Part shown: piece by piece, positions 41,641 through 50,820 of the stretch
Numbering within the stretch: the first letter of the stretch is position 1
How the letters are laid out: every line of letters begins with the position of its first letter
Assembly: GCA_036628575.1 (NCBI GenBank)
Contig: JAZKRQ010000001.1
Span: 1 to 58,521 of the forward strand
Length of the DNA stretch: 58,521 bases
Direction of reading: 5' to 3'
Source of the DNA: Halapricum sp.
Lineage (GTDB): Archaea; Halobacteriota; Halobacteria; Halobacteriales; Haloarculaceae
Position numbers and translations under genes: made by a program
The notes under the pieces: generated by a model
Databases searched by the model: none
Told to the model about the DNA's origin: nothing
The model's input: only the letters and a program-made list of their open reading frames with translations

Positions 41641-41722
41641 ATAGTGAGTGCTGTGAGTTAATTCCGCACCGACCGTCCGACTGCAGGCGGTCGTACCGGT
41701 ACATAGTTACAGCAGTCACTAT
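41641..41722. mobile_element. 82-bp TIR miniature element, type A (degenerate)
   Basis: atagtgagtgctgtga...ttacagcagtcactat (14/16 inverted match); shares gcggtcgtaccggta with the copies at 44361 and 45181. Confidence 0.7.
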
Positions 41723-41882
41723 GAGTCGAAATACAGGGTACCAGCATATCGGACAAAACCACATATTTTACCGGTTCCACAAAGAGACTTTAATGAAGGG
41801 ATAAAATTCTTTCGCTTATTCTCAGGTGATGAGATGCCAAAACTGATTTATGACTACTACGTTCTGAGGCGTACGAAAACGG

Positions 41883-43352
41883 ATGAATTTAGCCACTCAA
41901 ACGCTCGCCGACGTGGTTTTTGTCGTCGCACAGTTCGACGGGGTGGAACTGTTCCTCGGGGCCGAGTTCGCCAGCCGGTTACAGTTCGGGTGGACGATCA
42001 GTGTCCACATCCTCTTTGCTGCCCTGTCGATCGGGCTCTCACCGTTCATCGTCTACTTCACGTGGAAGGAAGTCACGACGGACGAGGAGCGGTTCACCAG
42101 GTTGCGCTCGTTCTGGATAAAGGTCTTCGCGGCGGGGTTCGTCATGGGGACGGTCACGGGGATCCCGATGAGCTTCCAGTTCGGGACGAACTTCCCGCAG
42201 TTCTCGTCGGTGGCGGGCGAGATGATCGGCGGCCCACTCGCGTTCGAGGCGAAAATGGCCTTCTTCCTGGAGGCCGTGTTCCTCGGCGTCCTGCTGTTCG
42301 GCCGTGATCGGGTCAGCGACCGGACCTTCGTCCTCTCGTCGGTGCTGGTCGGGTTCGGGGCCTGGCTTTCGGGCTTCTGGATCCTGGTCGTCAACTCCTG
42401 GATGCAGACACCACAGGGCTACGAGATGATCACCCGCAACGGGATGGAGGTCGCGCAACTGACCGACCCCATCGCCGCGTTCTTCAACCCCCGGATGACC
42501 TGGATGTACGTCCACATGATCAACGCGGCGGTGATCTCGGTCGCGCTGCTGGTCGCGGGCGTCTCCGCCTACATCGTCTGGAAGAAACGCGACTCCGAGG
42601 CCTGGAGCACGGCGCTGCGTATCGCGGTGTTGATCCTGCTCGTCACGGCACCGCTACAGGCGATCCACGGCGACGCCTACGCTCGCCACGTGGAGGACAG
42701 CCAGCCACAGAAGTTTGCCGCGATGGAGGGTCACTACGAGACGGGAACGGCTGACCTCCATCTCTTTGCGATCCCGACAGACCCCGCTGCCTTGACCGAT
42801 CCGCGGGCGGAAAACCTCTTTACGATTAGCCTTCCGAGAGTCGGATCGTTCCTCGCGAGCGGGGGTGATTTCGACGCGGTAGTGACCGGCCTCGACGAGT
42901 ACGAGGAGAACCCGCCAGTTGCGCTCGTGTTCTGGTCGTTCCGGTTCATGGTCGGACTCGGGTTCCTGTTCATCGCGCTGGCGCTGTGGGGCGGCTACCT
43001 CCTCTACCGGGGTCGTCTGTCCGACAGCGACCGCTACCTGAAGGCGATGATTATGGCGTCGCCGTTCGGATACATGGCACTGCTGACTGGCTGGTACGTC
43101 ACCGAGATCGGCCGCCAGCCCTGGATCATTCAGGATGAACTCACGACCAGCGAAGCCGTCTCGTCGACGCTGACCGGGACGGAAGCGACGCTCACGCTGA
43201 TCGGGTTCCTCGTCATCTACGGAGCCCTGGTTGTGGTCGCCCTGTACATCCTCCGGTGGCTGATCCAGGACGAACTGCGAGAGCTGGGCGTCACAGAGTC
43301 GTCCAGGGATCGCTGGTACGGTCCGATCCCGGGGGTGAGCGACGATGACTGA
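41883..43352 (+). CDS. cydA: Cytochrome bd ubiquinol oxidase subunit I
   Basis: SRLQF..H, GTVTGI, FEAKMAFFLE, NSWMQTP, QPQKFAAMEG, GWYVTEIGRQPW. Confidence 0.95.
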   Translation: MNLATQTLADVVFVVAQFDGVELFLGAEFASRLQFGWTISVHILFAALSIGLSPFIVYFTWKEVTTDEERFTRLRSFWIKVFAAGFVMGTVTGIPMSFQFGTNFPQFSSVAGEMIGGPLAFEAKMAFFLEAVFLGVLLFGRDRVSDRTFVLSSVLVGFGAWLSGFWILVVNSWMQTPQGYEMITRNGMEVAQLTDPIAAFFNPRMTWMYVHMINAAVISVALLVAGVSAYIVWKKRDSEAWSTALRIAVLILLVTAPLQAIHGDAYARHVEDSQPQKFAAMEGHYETGTADLHLFAIPTDPAALTDPRAENLFTISLPRVGSFLASGGDFDAVVTGLDEYEENPPVALVFWSFRFMVGLGFLFIALALWGGYLLYRGRLSDSDRYLKAMIMASPFGYMALLTGWYVTEIGRQPWIIQDELTTSEAVSSTLTGTEATLTLIGFLVIYGALVVVALYILRWLIQDELRELGVTESSRDRWYGPIPGVSDDD

Positions 43353-44346
43353 ACTACTGTTGCCCGTCGACTCCTATCTCGTCGAGCCACTTCCGGAGAT
43401 CTGGTTCGGGCTCGTCATGTTCGCGCTGACGATGTACATCGTCCTCGACGGGTTCGACTTCGGGATCGGGATGTTGTATGCGACTCGGGATAACGATCAC
43501 GAGCGCGAGACGCTCCTTTCGGCGTTCGGTCCGGTCTGGGACGCCAACGAGGTGTGGGTGATCGCCTTCGGGACGATGACGCTGGCGGCGTTCCCCGACG
43601 TGTACTCCCGGCTGCTGGCCGATCACTACCTGCTCGCGCTCGGGTTCGTGCTGGCGCTTCTGTTCCGGGGACTCGGTCCGGAACTGCGCGAACAGCGCGA
43701 CGATGAGCGCTGGAAACGCTACTGTGATTACTCGTTCATCGGCGGCAGCCTCCTCTCGCCCCTCCTGTTCGGGATGATCGCTGGCCGCTGGGTGTTCGAC
43801 GCGGCGACGCTGTCGGCCCCGACGCTGCTGACCGGGATCGGACTGGTCGCGGTCTCGGTGGTCACCGGCGCGGCGTTCCTGGCGGCCAAGACCGGCCCCG
43901 CACTGGCCGGAGAGATGCGTGACTACGGCATCGTCGCGACGCTGGCGTATCTGGGCGGCGTCGTCGTCCTGCTGGCAACGGTCGTCTTTACAGACGCTGG
44001 CAATGCTGCCGACACAATCCTCTCGATACCTGCGGCCGTGATCGTCGTCCTCTCGGTCGCCGCTGGACTCGGTGGGATCATCCTGGCAGGCCGTGACGAG
44101 TATCGCGCCTGGCTGGGCAGCGCGCTGGCACTGCCGGCCCTGTTGAGCGCGCTGGTCGCTCTGCTGCTGTATCCGACGATCTATCCGCCGACGGGACTGA
44201 CCGTACAGAACGCGGTCGTCTCGCCGCTGGCGCTGAACCTCGTGACCGTCCTCGGGCTGCCGGTCCTGCTGGTGGTCCTGTGGTACTTCAAGTTCCTCTA
44301 CGGCGTGTTCAGCGGCCCGGTCGAGGGCGAAGGCTACGGGACCTGA
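43345..44346 (+). CDS. cydB: Cytochrome bd ubiquinol oxidase subunit II
   Basis: LDGFDFGIG, GPVWDANEVW, LFRG. Confidence 0.93.
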   Translation: MTELLLPVDSYLVEPLPEIWFGLVMFALTMYIVLDGFDFGIGMLYATRDNDHERETLLSAFGPVWDANEVWVIAFGTMTLAAFPDVYSRLLADHYLLALGFVLALLFRGLGPELREQRDDERWKRYCDYSFIGGSLLSPLLFGMIAGRWVFDAATLSAPTLLTGIGLVAVSVVTGAAFLAAKTGPALAGEMRDYGIVATLAYLGGVVVLLATVVFTDAGNAADTILSIPAAVIVVLSVAAGLGGIILAGRDEYRAWLGSALALPALLSALVALLLYPTIYPPTGLTVQNAVVSPLALNLVTVLGLPVLLVVLWYFKFLYGVFSGPVEGEGYGT

Positions 44347-44360
44347 TACGCGGGAGGGTC

Positions 44361-44442
44361 ATAGTGATTACTGTAGGTCTGTTCCGGGTCGACCGCACGA
44401 CTGAGTGCGGTCGTACCGGTAAATCGCTACAGTAATCACCAT
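44361..44442. mobile_element. 82-bp TIR miniature element, type A
   Basis: atagtgattactgtag...ctacagtaatcaccat (15/16); central hairpin gaccgcac-N6-gtgcggtc. Confidence 0.75.
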
Positions 44443-45023
44443 CAGTTCCCCTGGATCGCGTCGATGACCATCGCGGCGGCGATGATCGGCTCTTTGGGGA
44501 CGTCGCTCGCGTCGTCGATGACGATGTCGTATGTATCCTTCAGCGAGAACTGCCCAGAGATGTTGCCGACGTGGTTGCCATCGACATCCGAGATTTCGTA
44601 CTTGTGCGGGATCCACCCCCCGAACGGAACGACGTTCCGCGCGAGCGTAACCATAGCACCGCGAGAGTTGATCTCGGCTAGTTTCCGCTCGTCGCGGGCG
44701 TCCCGGATCTTCCAGGTGTCCTGAAGGATCGAGTAGTCGTTATCCAGGATCACCAGGTCTTCGCCGGTCTGGGCGTCGGTGAGCACGTAGTTGCCGGCCA
44801 CGTCGACGATTCCGCCGGCCTTGACCGTGAAGACCTCGTTACCCTCGGCGTCGACGAACGGGAACTCCTCTTTCATCTTGAGCATCTTCTGTTTGCCTCG
44901 CAGGACGACGTTACCCTCGGCGTCCTCGGCGCGGTACTTGTTGCGAATGAGCGACTGGATCACCGTGTACCGATCCCCCGAAAGGTCGACCCCCTGGATA
45001 TCGTAGTCTCGTCGTTGACTCAT
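44442..45023 (-). CDS. LURP-one/scramblase (tubby C-terminal-like) protein
   Basis: KQKMLKMKEEFPF, ISGQFSLKDTYDI, AAAMVIDAI. Confidence 0.8.
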   Translation of the reverse strand: MSQRRDYDIQGVDLSGDRYTVIQSLIRNKYRAEDAEGNVVLRGKQKMLKMKEEFPFVDAEGNEVFTVKAGGIVDVAGNYVLTDAQTGEDLVILDNDYSILQDTWKIRDARDERKLAEINSRGAMVTLARNVVPFGGWIPHKYEISDVDGNHVGNISGQFSLKDTYDIVIDDASDVPKEPIIAAAMVIDAIQGN

Positions 45024-45063
45024 GCGAAATTATGCTCGCACTGACTACTTCAACTTGGCGAAC

Positions 45064-45149
45064 AACGGCGTCCGAACGGGATTCATACGGGTTCGCGTGA
45101 ACCGCCTCGGGGTCAAGCCCCGAGGCACTCGCCTTGCTCATCTGTAGAA
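45064..45149. mobile_element. Probable isolated IS200/IS605-family end (PATE-like remnant)
   Basis: Perfect hairpin gcctcgggg-tcaag-ccccgaggc (45104-45126) followed by actcgccttgctcatctgtagaa, recalled as a haloarchaeal IS200/IS605 end; no tnpA or tnpB present. Confidence 0.5.
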
Positions 45150-45272
45150 ACCCATAGATTTCGCCCGGGAATGTCGATTCATACTGATTACTGTAGGTCT
45201 GTTCCGGGTTGATCGCACGGCGTCGTGCGGTCGTACCGGTAGACCGTTACAGTAATCACTATCAATCCCTAT
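45144..45272. mobile_element. Disrupted type B TIR element containing a type A element
   Basis: 45144-45167 matches the reverse complement of 57672-57695 at 23/24; 45264-45272 (aatccctat) equals the type B terminus. Confidence 0.6.
45181..45262. mobile_element. 82-bp TIR miniature element, type A
   Basis: atactgattactgtag...ttacagtaatcactat; close copy of 44361-44442. Confidence 0.75.
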
Positions 45273-45454
45273 CAAAACGTAAACGCGACGTAGAACTCGT
45301 GGTCGTTCGGACACGCGATGGTTCTAACCTTGCGGTCGTCCGCCTCGGGTTCGGGCGGTTCGGTCGCAGTGATTCCGTGGACGGTGGACTCCCGGGGGAG
45401 ACCCATGCTCACGTCGGTCCCGCACTCGGGACAGCGTAGTTGCCGGATGCCCAT
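45272..45454 (-). CDS. brz: Bacteriorhodopsin-regulating zinc finger protein Brz
   Basis: 60 aa, CPECG..MGLP...KVRTIACPNDHEFYV pattern of Halobacterium Brz; divergent from brp. Confidence 0.85.
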   Translation of the reverse strand: MGIRQLRCPECGTDVSMGLPRESTVHGITATEPPEPEADDRKVRTIACPNDHEFYVAFTF

Positions 45455-45507
45455 ATCCGCGGGCTTCGAGACCCGGGGGCAAAACGGCTGTGGGATCAGC
45501 CAGCCGC

Positions 45508-45555
45508 GCCCAACGTATTGGGTCCGGCATTGATATCGTAACCGAAACTAGTTGT
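45508..45555. promoter_or_regulatory. Candidate Bat upstream activator sites between brz and brp
   Basis: cccaacgtattgggt and accgaaactagttg resemble the bop-regulon UAS; a similar accaaaccacttggg lies at 50732-50746. Confidence 0.45.
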
Positions 45556-45560
45556 GTACG

Positions 45561-46640
45561 ATGTCAGAACACGCCTCTCGACCGACGGTACGGCTCGTCC
45601 CCGACGTCGCAGGCGGGACGACGCTAGGGGTGTCACGTGCGGCATTGCTCGCGTTGATCGGCGTCTTCGCCGGGGCGACGCTGGTCGGCATCGAGCTGTC
45701 GTTGCGGACGCAGGCGATCGTCTACCTGTTCGGGATGGTCGCGATGAACCTCCCGCACGGCGGGTTCGAACACTTCAACAATCTCCGGCGGCGGACGGCC
45801 TCCTTCCAGCTCCGGTACGTGGCGCTGTACCTGATGAGCATCGCCGTGTTCGTGGCGTTGCTCTTTTTCGCGCCTGTGGCCGGGCTGGCTCTGGCGATCA
45901 GCGTCGCCGTAGCGAAGGGTGGCCACGGCGGGTTGCACGTCATGGACGTCACCTACGGAACGGACCACCTGCGAAGCGGGGGCCAACGGGCACTGGCGGC
46001 ACTCGTCCGTGGCGGGGCCGTAATGGCCGTCCCAATCGTGTTCTTCCCCGAGACGTTCCACACGTTCAGCGACATCATGGTCAACATATTCAATCCCGGG
46101 GGGCTCGCGACGGTGAGCCAATACTTCGATCTCACCCGATGGCTTATCGGGGCCGGATACGGGACACTCGTCGTTGCCCACCTCTCGCTGGGATACGTCC
46201 GTTCGGCAGGCACAGGTTCCTACGTCGCCGACGCCGCCGAAACGCTACTTCTGGTCGCCTACTTCGCCGTCGTTCCCGTGGTCGTCGCCGTCGGGCTGTA
46301 CTTCCCGCTGTGGTACTCCGCCCGGCAGGTCGCCCGGACGACGGCCGTCGAGGACGGCACCGACGACGAAGCGACCGCCGACGGCCTGCTTGCCGTGCTT
46401 GACAGCGACGACACGCGACTGGTCGCACTGGGTGCCTGGGGCGTACTGATCGCCGGGTCCATCGCGACCTTCGGACTGGCGGCACTGATCTGGACGCTCT
46501 CGCCCCAGCCACTGGGCGGCGCGAGCCTCCCGCTCGGGCTCGTGGCGTTCTGGAGTATTTTCATCAGTATTATTGCACTCCCGCACGTCGTCATCGGATC
46601 GTGGTACGATCGTGACCGCGGGATCTGGTACGTACCCTGA
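45561..46640 (+). CDS. brp: Brp/Blh beta-carotene 15,15'-dioxygenase
   Basis: NLPHGGFEH, YFPLWYSARQ, IALPHVV; multi-TM; context between brz and bat. Confidence 0.88.
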   Translation: MSEHASRPTVRLVPDVAGGTTLGVSRAALLALIGVFAGATLVGIELSLRTQAIVYLFGMVAMNLPHGGFEHFNNLRRRTASFQLRYVALYLMSIAVFVALLFFAPVAGLALAISVAVAKGGHGGLHVMDVTYGTDHLRSGGQRALAALVRGGAVMAVPIVFFPETFHTFSDIMVNIFNPGGLATVSQYFDLTRWLIGAGYGTLVVAHLSLGYVRSAGTGSYVADAAETLLLVAYFAVVPVVVAVGLYFPLWYSARQVARTTAVEDGTDDEATADGLLAVLDSDDTRLVALGAWGVLIAGSIATFGLAALIWTLSPQPLGGASLPLGLVAFWSIFISIIALPHVVIGSWYDRDRGIWYVP

Positions 46641-46642
46641 CT

Positions 46643-48235
46643 ATGTTCGATGGTAACCCACTTGACGGCGAGGACGTGACAGTAATCGGCGGCGGGTTCG
46701 GCGGACTCTCGTCGGCCGCGTATCTGGCCGACGCCGGGGCCGACGTGACCGTGCTCGAACGGAACGAGCGCCTCGGCGGTGCGGCAAACCTCATCGAGAG
46801 TGACGGGTTCCGGTTCGACACCGGACCGTCGTGGTATCTCATGCCCGACGTCTTCGAGCGTTTCTTCGGGCACTTCGATCGAACTCCGGAGGACTACTAC
46901 GAACTGGAGCGGCTAGACCCTCACTACCGGGTGTTCTACGCCGACAGTGATCCTCAGCCGGAGAAGGGATCACCCTACAGCGACGAGATCGAGGTGGGGT
47001 GTGACTGGGTGAGTACGACGCCCGACCTCGACCAGTGCCGGGAGATCTTCGCGGCCTACGAAGAGGGAGGCGGCGAGACCTTCGACGAGTATCTCGCCAA
47101 GGCCGAGTACTCTTACGAAGTCGGGATGGAACACTTCGTCTACGAGGACCGCTCGCGGTTCCGGGACATGATAGACCGCGACGTCGCCCGCGCCGGCCGG
47201 GGGCTTTCACTCCTTGGCTCGATGCAGGACCACGTCGAGGATTACTTCGAGGAGCCGAAACTCCAGCAGTTGCTCCAGTACACCCTCGTGTTTCTCGGCG
47301 GGTCACCGCACAACACGCCGGGGCTGTACAACCTGATGGCCCACGTCGACTACAACCTGGGCGTCTACTATCCCGAGGGTGGGATGTACAGCGTCGTCGA
47401 AGCGCTGGCCGAACTCGGCGAGGAACTGGGCGTCGAGTACCGGACCGGCGTCGAGGTGACAGACGTCCAGGACACTACCAGCGGGCTGGCCCTCCAAACG
47501 AGCGCGGGCCGCCACCGTACAGGCGTGACGGTCGCCAACGCCAACCCGGCCTACGTCGAACGGGAACTGCTCTCGCCGGCCAAACGCGACCACGATCCGA
47601 GCCACTGGGAGGAGAAGACCTACGCGCCCTCGGCGATCATGTACTACCTCGGAATCGAGGGCGACGTGGGTCCGCTGGCGCATCACTCGCTGGTGTTCCC
47701 GGAAGACTGGGATTCCCACTTCGAGACGATCTTCGACGAGCCAGCCTGGCCGGACGAACCGGCCTACTACCTCTCCGTGCCCTCGAAGACGGACGACACC
47801 GTCGCGCCTGAGGGCCACCACGCGGTCGTGATCCTCGTACCGATCGCGCCAGGGCTGGACGACGACGAGGAGACTCGCGATCGCTACCGCGAGAAGATAC
47901 TCGAAGAACTGGCCGAGGATATCGGCGTCGACCTCCGCGAACGGATCGTATTCGAGCGGTCGGCCTGCGTCTCCGACTACATCGAGCAGTACAACTACCC
48001 ACAGGGGACGGCACTGGGGCTGGCTCACACGTTGCGTCAGACCGGACCGCTCCGGCCGTCTCATCGGTCCACGAACGTGGATGACCTCTACTACGTCGGC
48101 AGCTACACCAACCCCGGGATCGGCGTCCCGATGACGCTGATCAGTGGCCAGCACGTCGCCGAGGCGGTCGTCGAGGACCGCACGCGAACCGGCGTCACCT
48201 CGGGATTGCCGCGGGTGATCAAGGAGCGGCTTTAA
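46643..48235 (+). CDS. Phytoene desaturase family protein (CrtI/CrtD)
   Basis: IGGGFGGL, FDTGPSWYLMPD, GTALGLAHTL, PGIGVP. Confidence 0.88.
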   Translation: MFDGNPLDGEDVTVIGGGFGGLSSAAYLADAGADVTVLERNERLGGAANLIESDGFRFDTGPSWYLMPDVFERFFGHFDRTPEDYYELERLDPHYRVFYADSDPQPEKGSPYSDEIEVGCDWVSTTPDLDQCREIFAAYEEGGGETFDEYLAKAEYSYEVGMEHFVYEDRSRFRDMIDRDVARAGRGLSLLGSMQDHVEDYFEEPKLQQLLQYTLVFLGGSPHNTPGLYNLMAHVDYNLGVYYPEGGMYSVVEALAELGEELGVEYRTGVEVTDVQDTTSGLALQTSAGRHRTGVTVANANPAYVERELLSPAKRDHDPSHWEEKTYAPSAIMYYLGIEGDVGPLAHHSLVFPEDWDSHFETIFDEPAWPDEPAYYLSVPSKTDDTVAPEGHHAVVILVPIAPGLDDDEETRDRYREKILEELAEDIGVDLRERIVFERSACVSDYIEQYNYPQGTALGLAHTLRQTGPLRPSHRSTNVDDLYYVGSYTNPGIGVPMTLISGQHVAEAVVEDRTRTGVTSGLPRVIKERL

Positions 48236-48260
48236 TGACCATCCGCCACTACGCGAGGGT

Positions 48261-50246
48261 ATGAACGCGGCGTCGGACGCACGGCGGCTCTTGCGCGTGG
48301 GTGATGCCCCGCGATCCGGACCGGTAGACGCGGACACACTCGAAGCGGCGATTCGGGGGACCGTCGTCGTCGAAACCGACTTCGCAACGGCACTGGATCG
48401 GGTCGCGGAGGGAGAGGTCGACGGGGCCGTCGTCGATCACGACGTGGAAGGATTCGACGGCGTCTCGTTCCTGCAGACGTTGCGACAGGACCGACCGGCT
48501 TTCCCGGTCGTGCTCGTGCCGAGTACCGACGACGGCGACGTAGCGCGTCGGGCCGTCGATGCCGACGTGACGGCCTACGTCCCTGCGAGCGACGAAGATG
48601 CGCTCGATCACGTCGCCGAACAGGTCGAGCGACACGTGCTGGCCCGCTCGGGCGAGGATGGCCGCGTCCGGATGCCGATCAGCGACCGGACTGCCGAAGA
48701 GGAACAGCGGCTCAAAGAGCGAGCAATGGACGAAGCACCGGTCGGGATCGCGATCGCGGACGCGACCCAACCGGACGAGCCGCTCATCTACGTCAACGAC
48801 GCCTTCGAAGAAGTGACAGGCTACGAGAAAGAAGAAACCATCGGTGTCAACTGCCGGTTCCTCCAGGGACCGGACACGGAGATCGAGAAGACCGATGAAA
48901 TACGAGAGGCGCTTGACGAACCGGAGCCGGTGTCGGTGGAATTGCGGAACTACCGGAAGGACGGGGCGCTGTTCTGGAACGAGCTGGAGATCACTCCCAT
49001 CAGGGACGAGACGGGCGAGTTGACCAACTACGTCGCCTTCCAGCAGGACGTCACCGAGCGCAAAGAGGCGGAGTTCCAGATCGAACGCGAACACGAACGC
49101 CTCCAGCGACTGCTCGATCGGATCAACGGGCTGGTCAGTGACGTGACGGAGATCGTCGTCACGGCCGGTTCGACGGAAGAGGTCTACGATCTTGCGGCCG
49201 AGCGGATCGGGAGCCACGAAGCGTTCACCCGCGCCTGGATCGGCGAATACGATCCCGGATCGGGCGTTGTGACGGGGCAGGCAGACAGCGAGGACGGGGT
49301 CGAAGCGACTGAGATCGACCTGTCGACCGAGGGCGTAGCCCCGATCAAGACGGCAGTCGAGGAGCAGTCTCTCGAGCGGCTCGACTGTGAAGAGCTCGAC
49401 GACGCGACGGTGGGATGTGAAGACGACGAGATCGGGATCGTGATCCCGTTGACATACCGCCAGACTACCTACGGCGTGCTCGTCGTCTACAGCCGGATGG
49501 ACGCGTTCGGACAGGAAGAGACAACCGTCCTGCAGGCGCTGGGCCGGTCGATCGGCGCGGCGGTCAACGATCTGTTGAGCAAACAGACCGTGACGACGGA
49601 TACGGTGATCGACATCGGCGTCGAGATACACGACGAGACGGTGCTGTCGGGACTCGCCGCCGAGCTCGGCGAGACAGCCAAACACGAGAACACGCTGATC
49701 CGCCACGACGGGAGTTTGCTGCTGTTGTTCGACATCGAGGGAGAGCCAGACGACGTCATCGAGATAGCGGAGGCCGATCCTGCGGTGACGGGCGTAACTG
49801 TCCTCGCGAGCAACGGCGAGTCGACGATCGAAGTGGCGGTGGACAGCCCCGACTTCGTGGAAACCCTCTCGGAGTACGGTGGCCAGATCAACACGATCGG
49901 CGTCGACGTCAACGCGGTCGAGTTGCGCTTCCGGGTCGCGACCGAACAGAACGGCCGTGCGATCATCGACGAACTGGAGGACAACTACGGGAACGTCGAG
50001 CTGGTCGCGTATCACGAGTCCGAGCAGCCGGGACAGACCCGCCAGGGGTTCCGCGCGGCCGTCGAGGAAGAACTGACCGGCCGACAGCTGACGGCCCTGC
50101 AGAAGGCCTACCTGAGCGGGTTCTTCGAATGGCCGCGCCGTAGCGACGGCGACCAACTGGCGGCCTCGATGGACGTCGTCCCCTCGACGTTCTACCAACA
50201 CCTCCGGGCTGCCGAGAAGAAGCTGTTGACCGAATTCTTCGAGTGA
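48261..50246 (+). CDS. bat: Bacterio-opsin activator Bat (REC-like, LOV, GAF, HTH)
   Basis: GVNCRFLQG LOV motif, NYRKDG, GAF region, LTGRQ..GFFEWPR..HLRAAE HTH. Confidence 0.88.
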   Translation: MNAASDARRLLRVGDAPRSGPVDADTLEAAIRGTVVVETDFATALDRVAEGEVDGAVVDHDVEGFDGVSFLQTLRQDRPAFPVVLVPSTDDGDVARRAVDADVTAYVPASDEDALDHVAEQVERHVLARSGEDGRVRMPISDRTAEEEQRLKERAMDEAPVGIAIADATQPDEPLIYVNDAFEEVTGYEKEETIGVNCRFLQGPDTEIEKTDEIREALDEPEPVSVELRNYRKDGALFWNELEITPIRDETGELTNYVAFQQDVTERKEAEFQIEREHERLQRLLDRINGLVSDVTEIVVTAGSTEEVYDLAAERIGSHEAFTRAWIGEYDPGSGVVTGQADSEDGVEATEIDLSTEGVAPIKTAVEEQSLERLDCEELDDATVGCEDDEIGIVIPLTYRQTTYGVLVVYSRMDAFGQEETTVLQALGRSIGAAVNDLLSKQTVTTDTVIDIGVEIHDETVLSGLAAELGETAKHENTLIRHDGSLLLLFDIEGEPDDVIEIAEADPAVTGVTVLASNGESTIEVAVDSPDFVETLSEYGGQINTIGVDVNAVELRFRVATEQNGRAIIDELEDNYGNVELVAYHESEQPGQTRQGFRAAVEEELTGRQLTALQKAYLSGFFEWPRRSDGDQLAASMDVVPSTFYQHLRAAEKKLLTEFFE

Positions 50247-50684
50247 TCACTCACGGGCGTTCAAAAACGCCCGCATGGTTTCAGTCGCTGTCGAGACCTC
50301 GCCGTCGACGTACGCCTGGACGACGCGTTCCGCCAGTCGGTCGCGAACGGCTGCGGGAAATTGCATCTCTACAGAGTGGGAGACGGCCGTTCCGTCAGGC
50401 GTCTCTTCGAACCGATATCGCCAGGTGCCGTCGATCGCGCCGGTGAGTGACCGGACGAGAAGCGACGGGTGATCCCGCTGGCTGTCGCGGAACCGACCCG
50501 TGAGCGAGACGCCGGCGAGTTGATACTGGAACTGTCCCCGGGCAGTGCTATCGTGGCTCGTGCTGACGTTCTTCACGTCGGTCAGTCCCGGTATCAACTT
50601 CACGAGGTTGTACGGGTCCGCGACGAACGCGAACGCAATTCGGGGCGAAACTGACACGGTAGTATCTGCTTCCGACCGGATCAT
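50247..50684 (-). CDS. SRPBCC-like protein, probably bacterio-opsin-linked Blp
   Basis: FAFVADPYNL, WRYRFEETPDGT; convergent with bat, UAS-like site upstream; Blp identity rests on synteny only. Confidence 0.65.
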   Translation of the reverse strand: MIRSEADTTVSVSPRIAFAFVADPYNLVKLIPGLTDVKNVSTSHDSTARGQFQYQLAGVSLTGRFRDSQRDHPSLLVRSLTGAIDGTWRYRFEETPDGTAVSHSVEMQFPAAVRDRLAERVVQAYVDGEVSTATETMRAFLNARE

Positions 50685-50820
50685 GCGGGCGGCACGGATG
50701 AACGTTGGGTGGCTTCCCGATTGAAAACGTTACCAAACCACTTGGGCCACGTCTCTGTTTGCGTGACGGGCCGAGAGGAACCGACAGGGTTTCACTGTTC
50801 GCAACCTTGAGCGTGGATAG

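Noticed and set aside
44361-45262. 82-bp repeats as a CRISPR array
   Set aside because: Too long, dispersed, separated by genes, no cas genes
46947-46973. Hairpin gtgatcc...ggatcac in an apparent extra loop of the desaturase
   Set aside because: Only a 7-bp stem with a long loop; too weak to group with the uvrA segment
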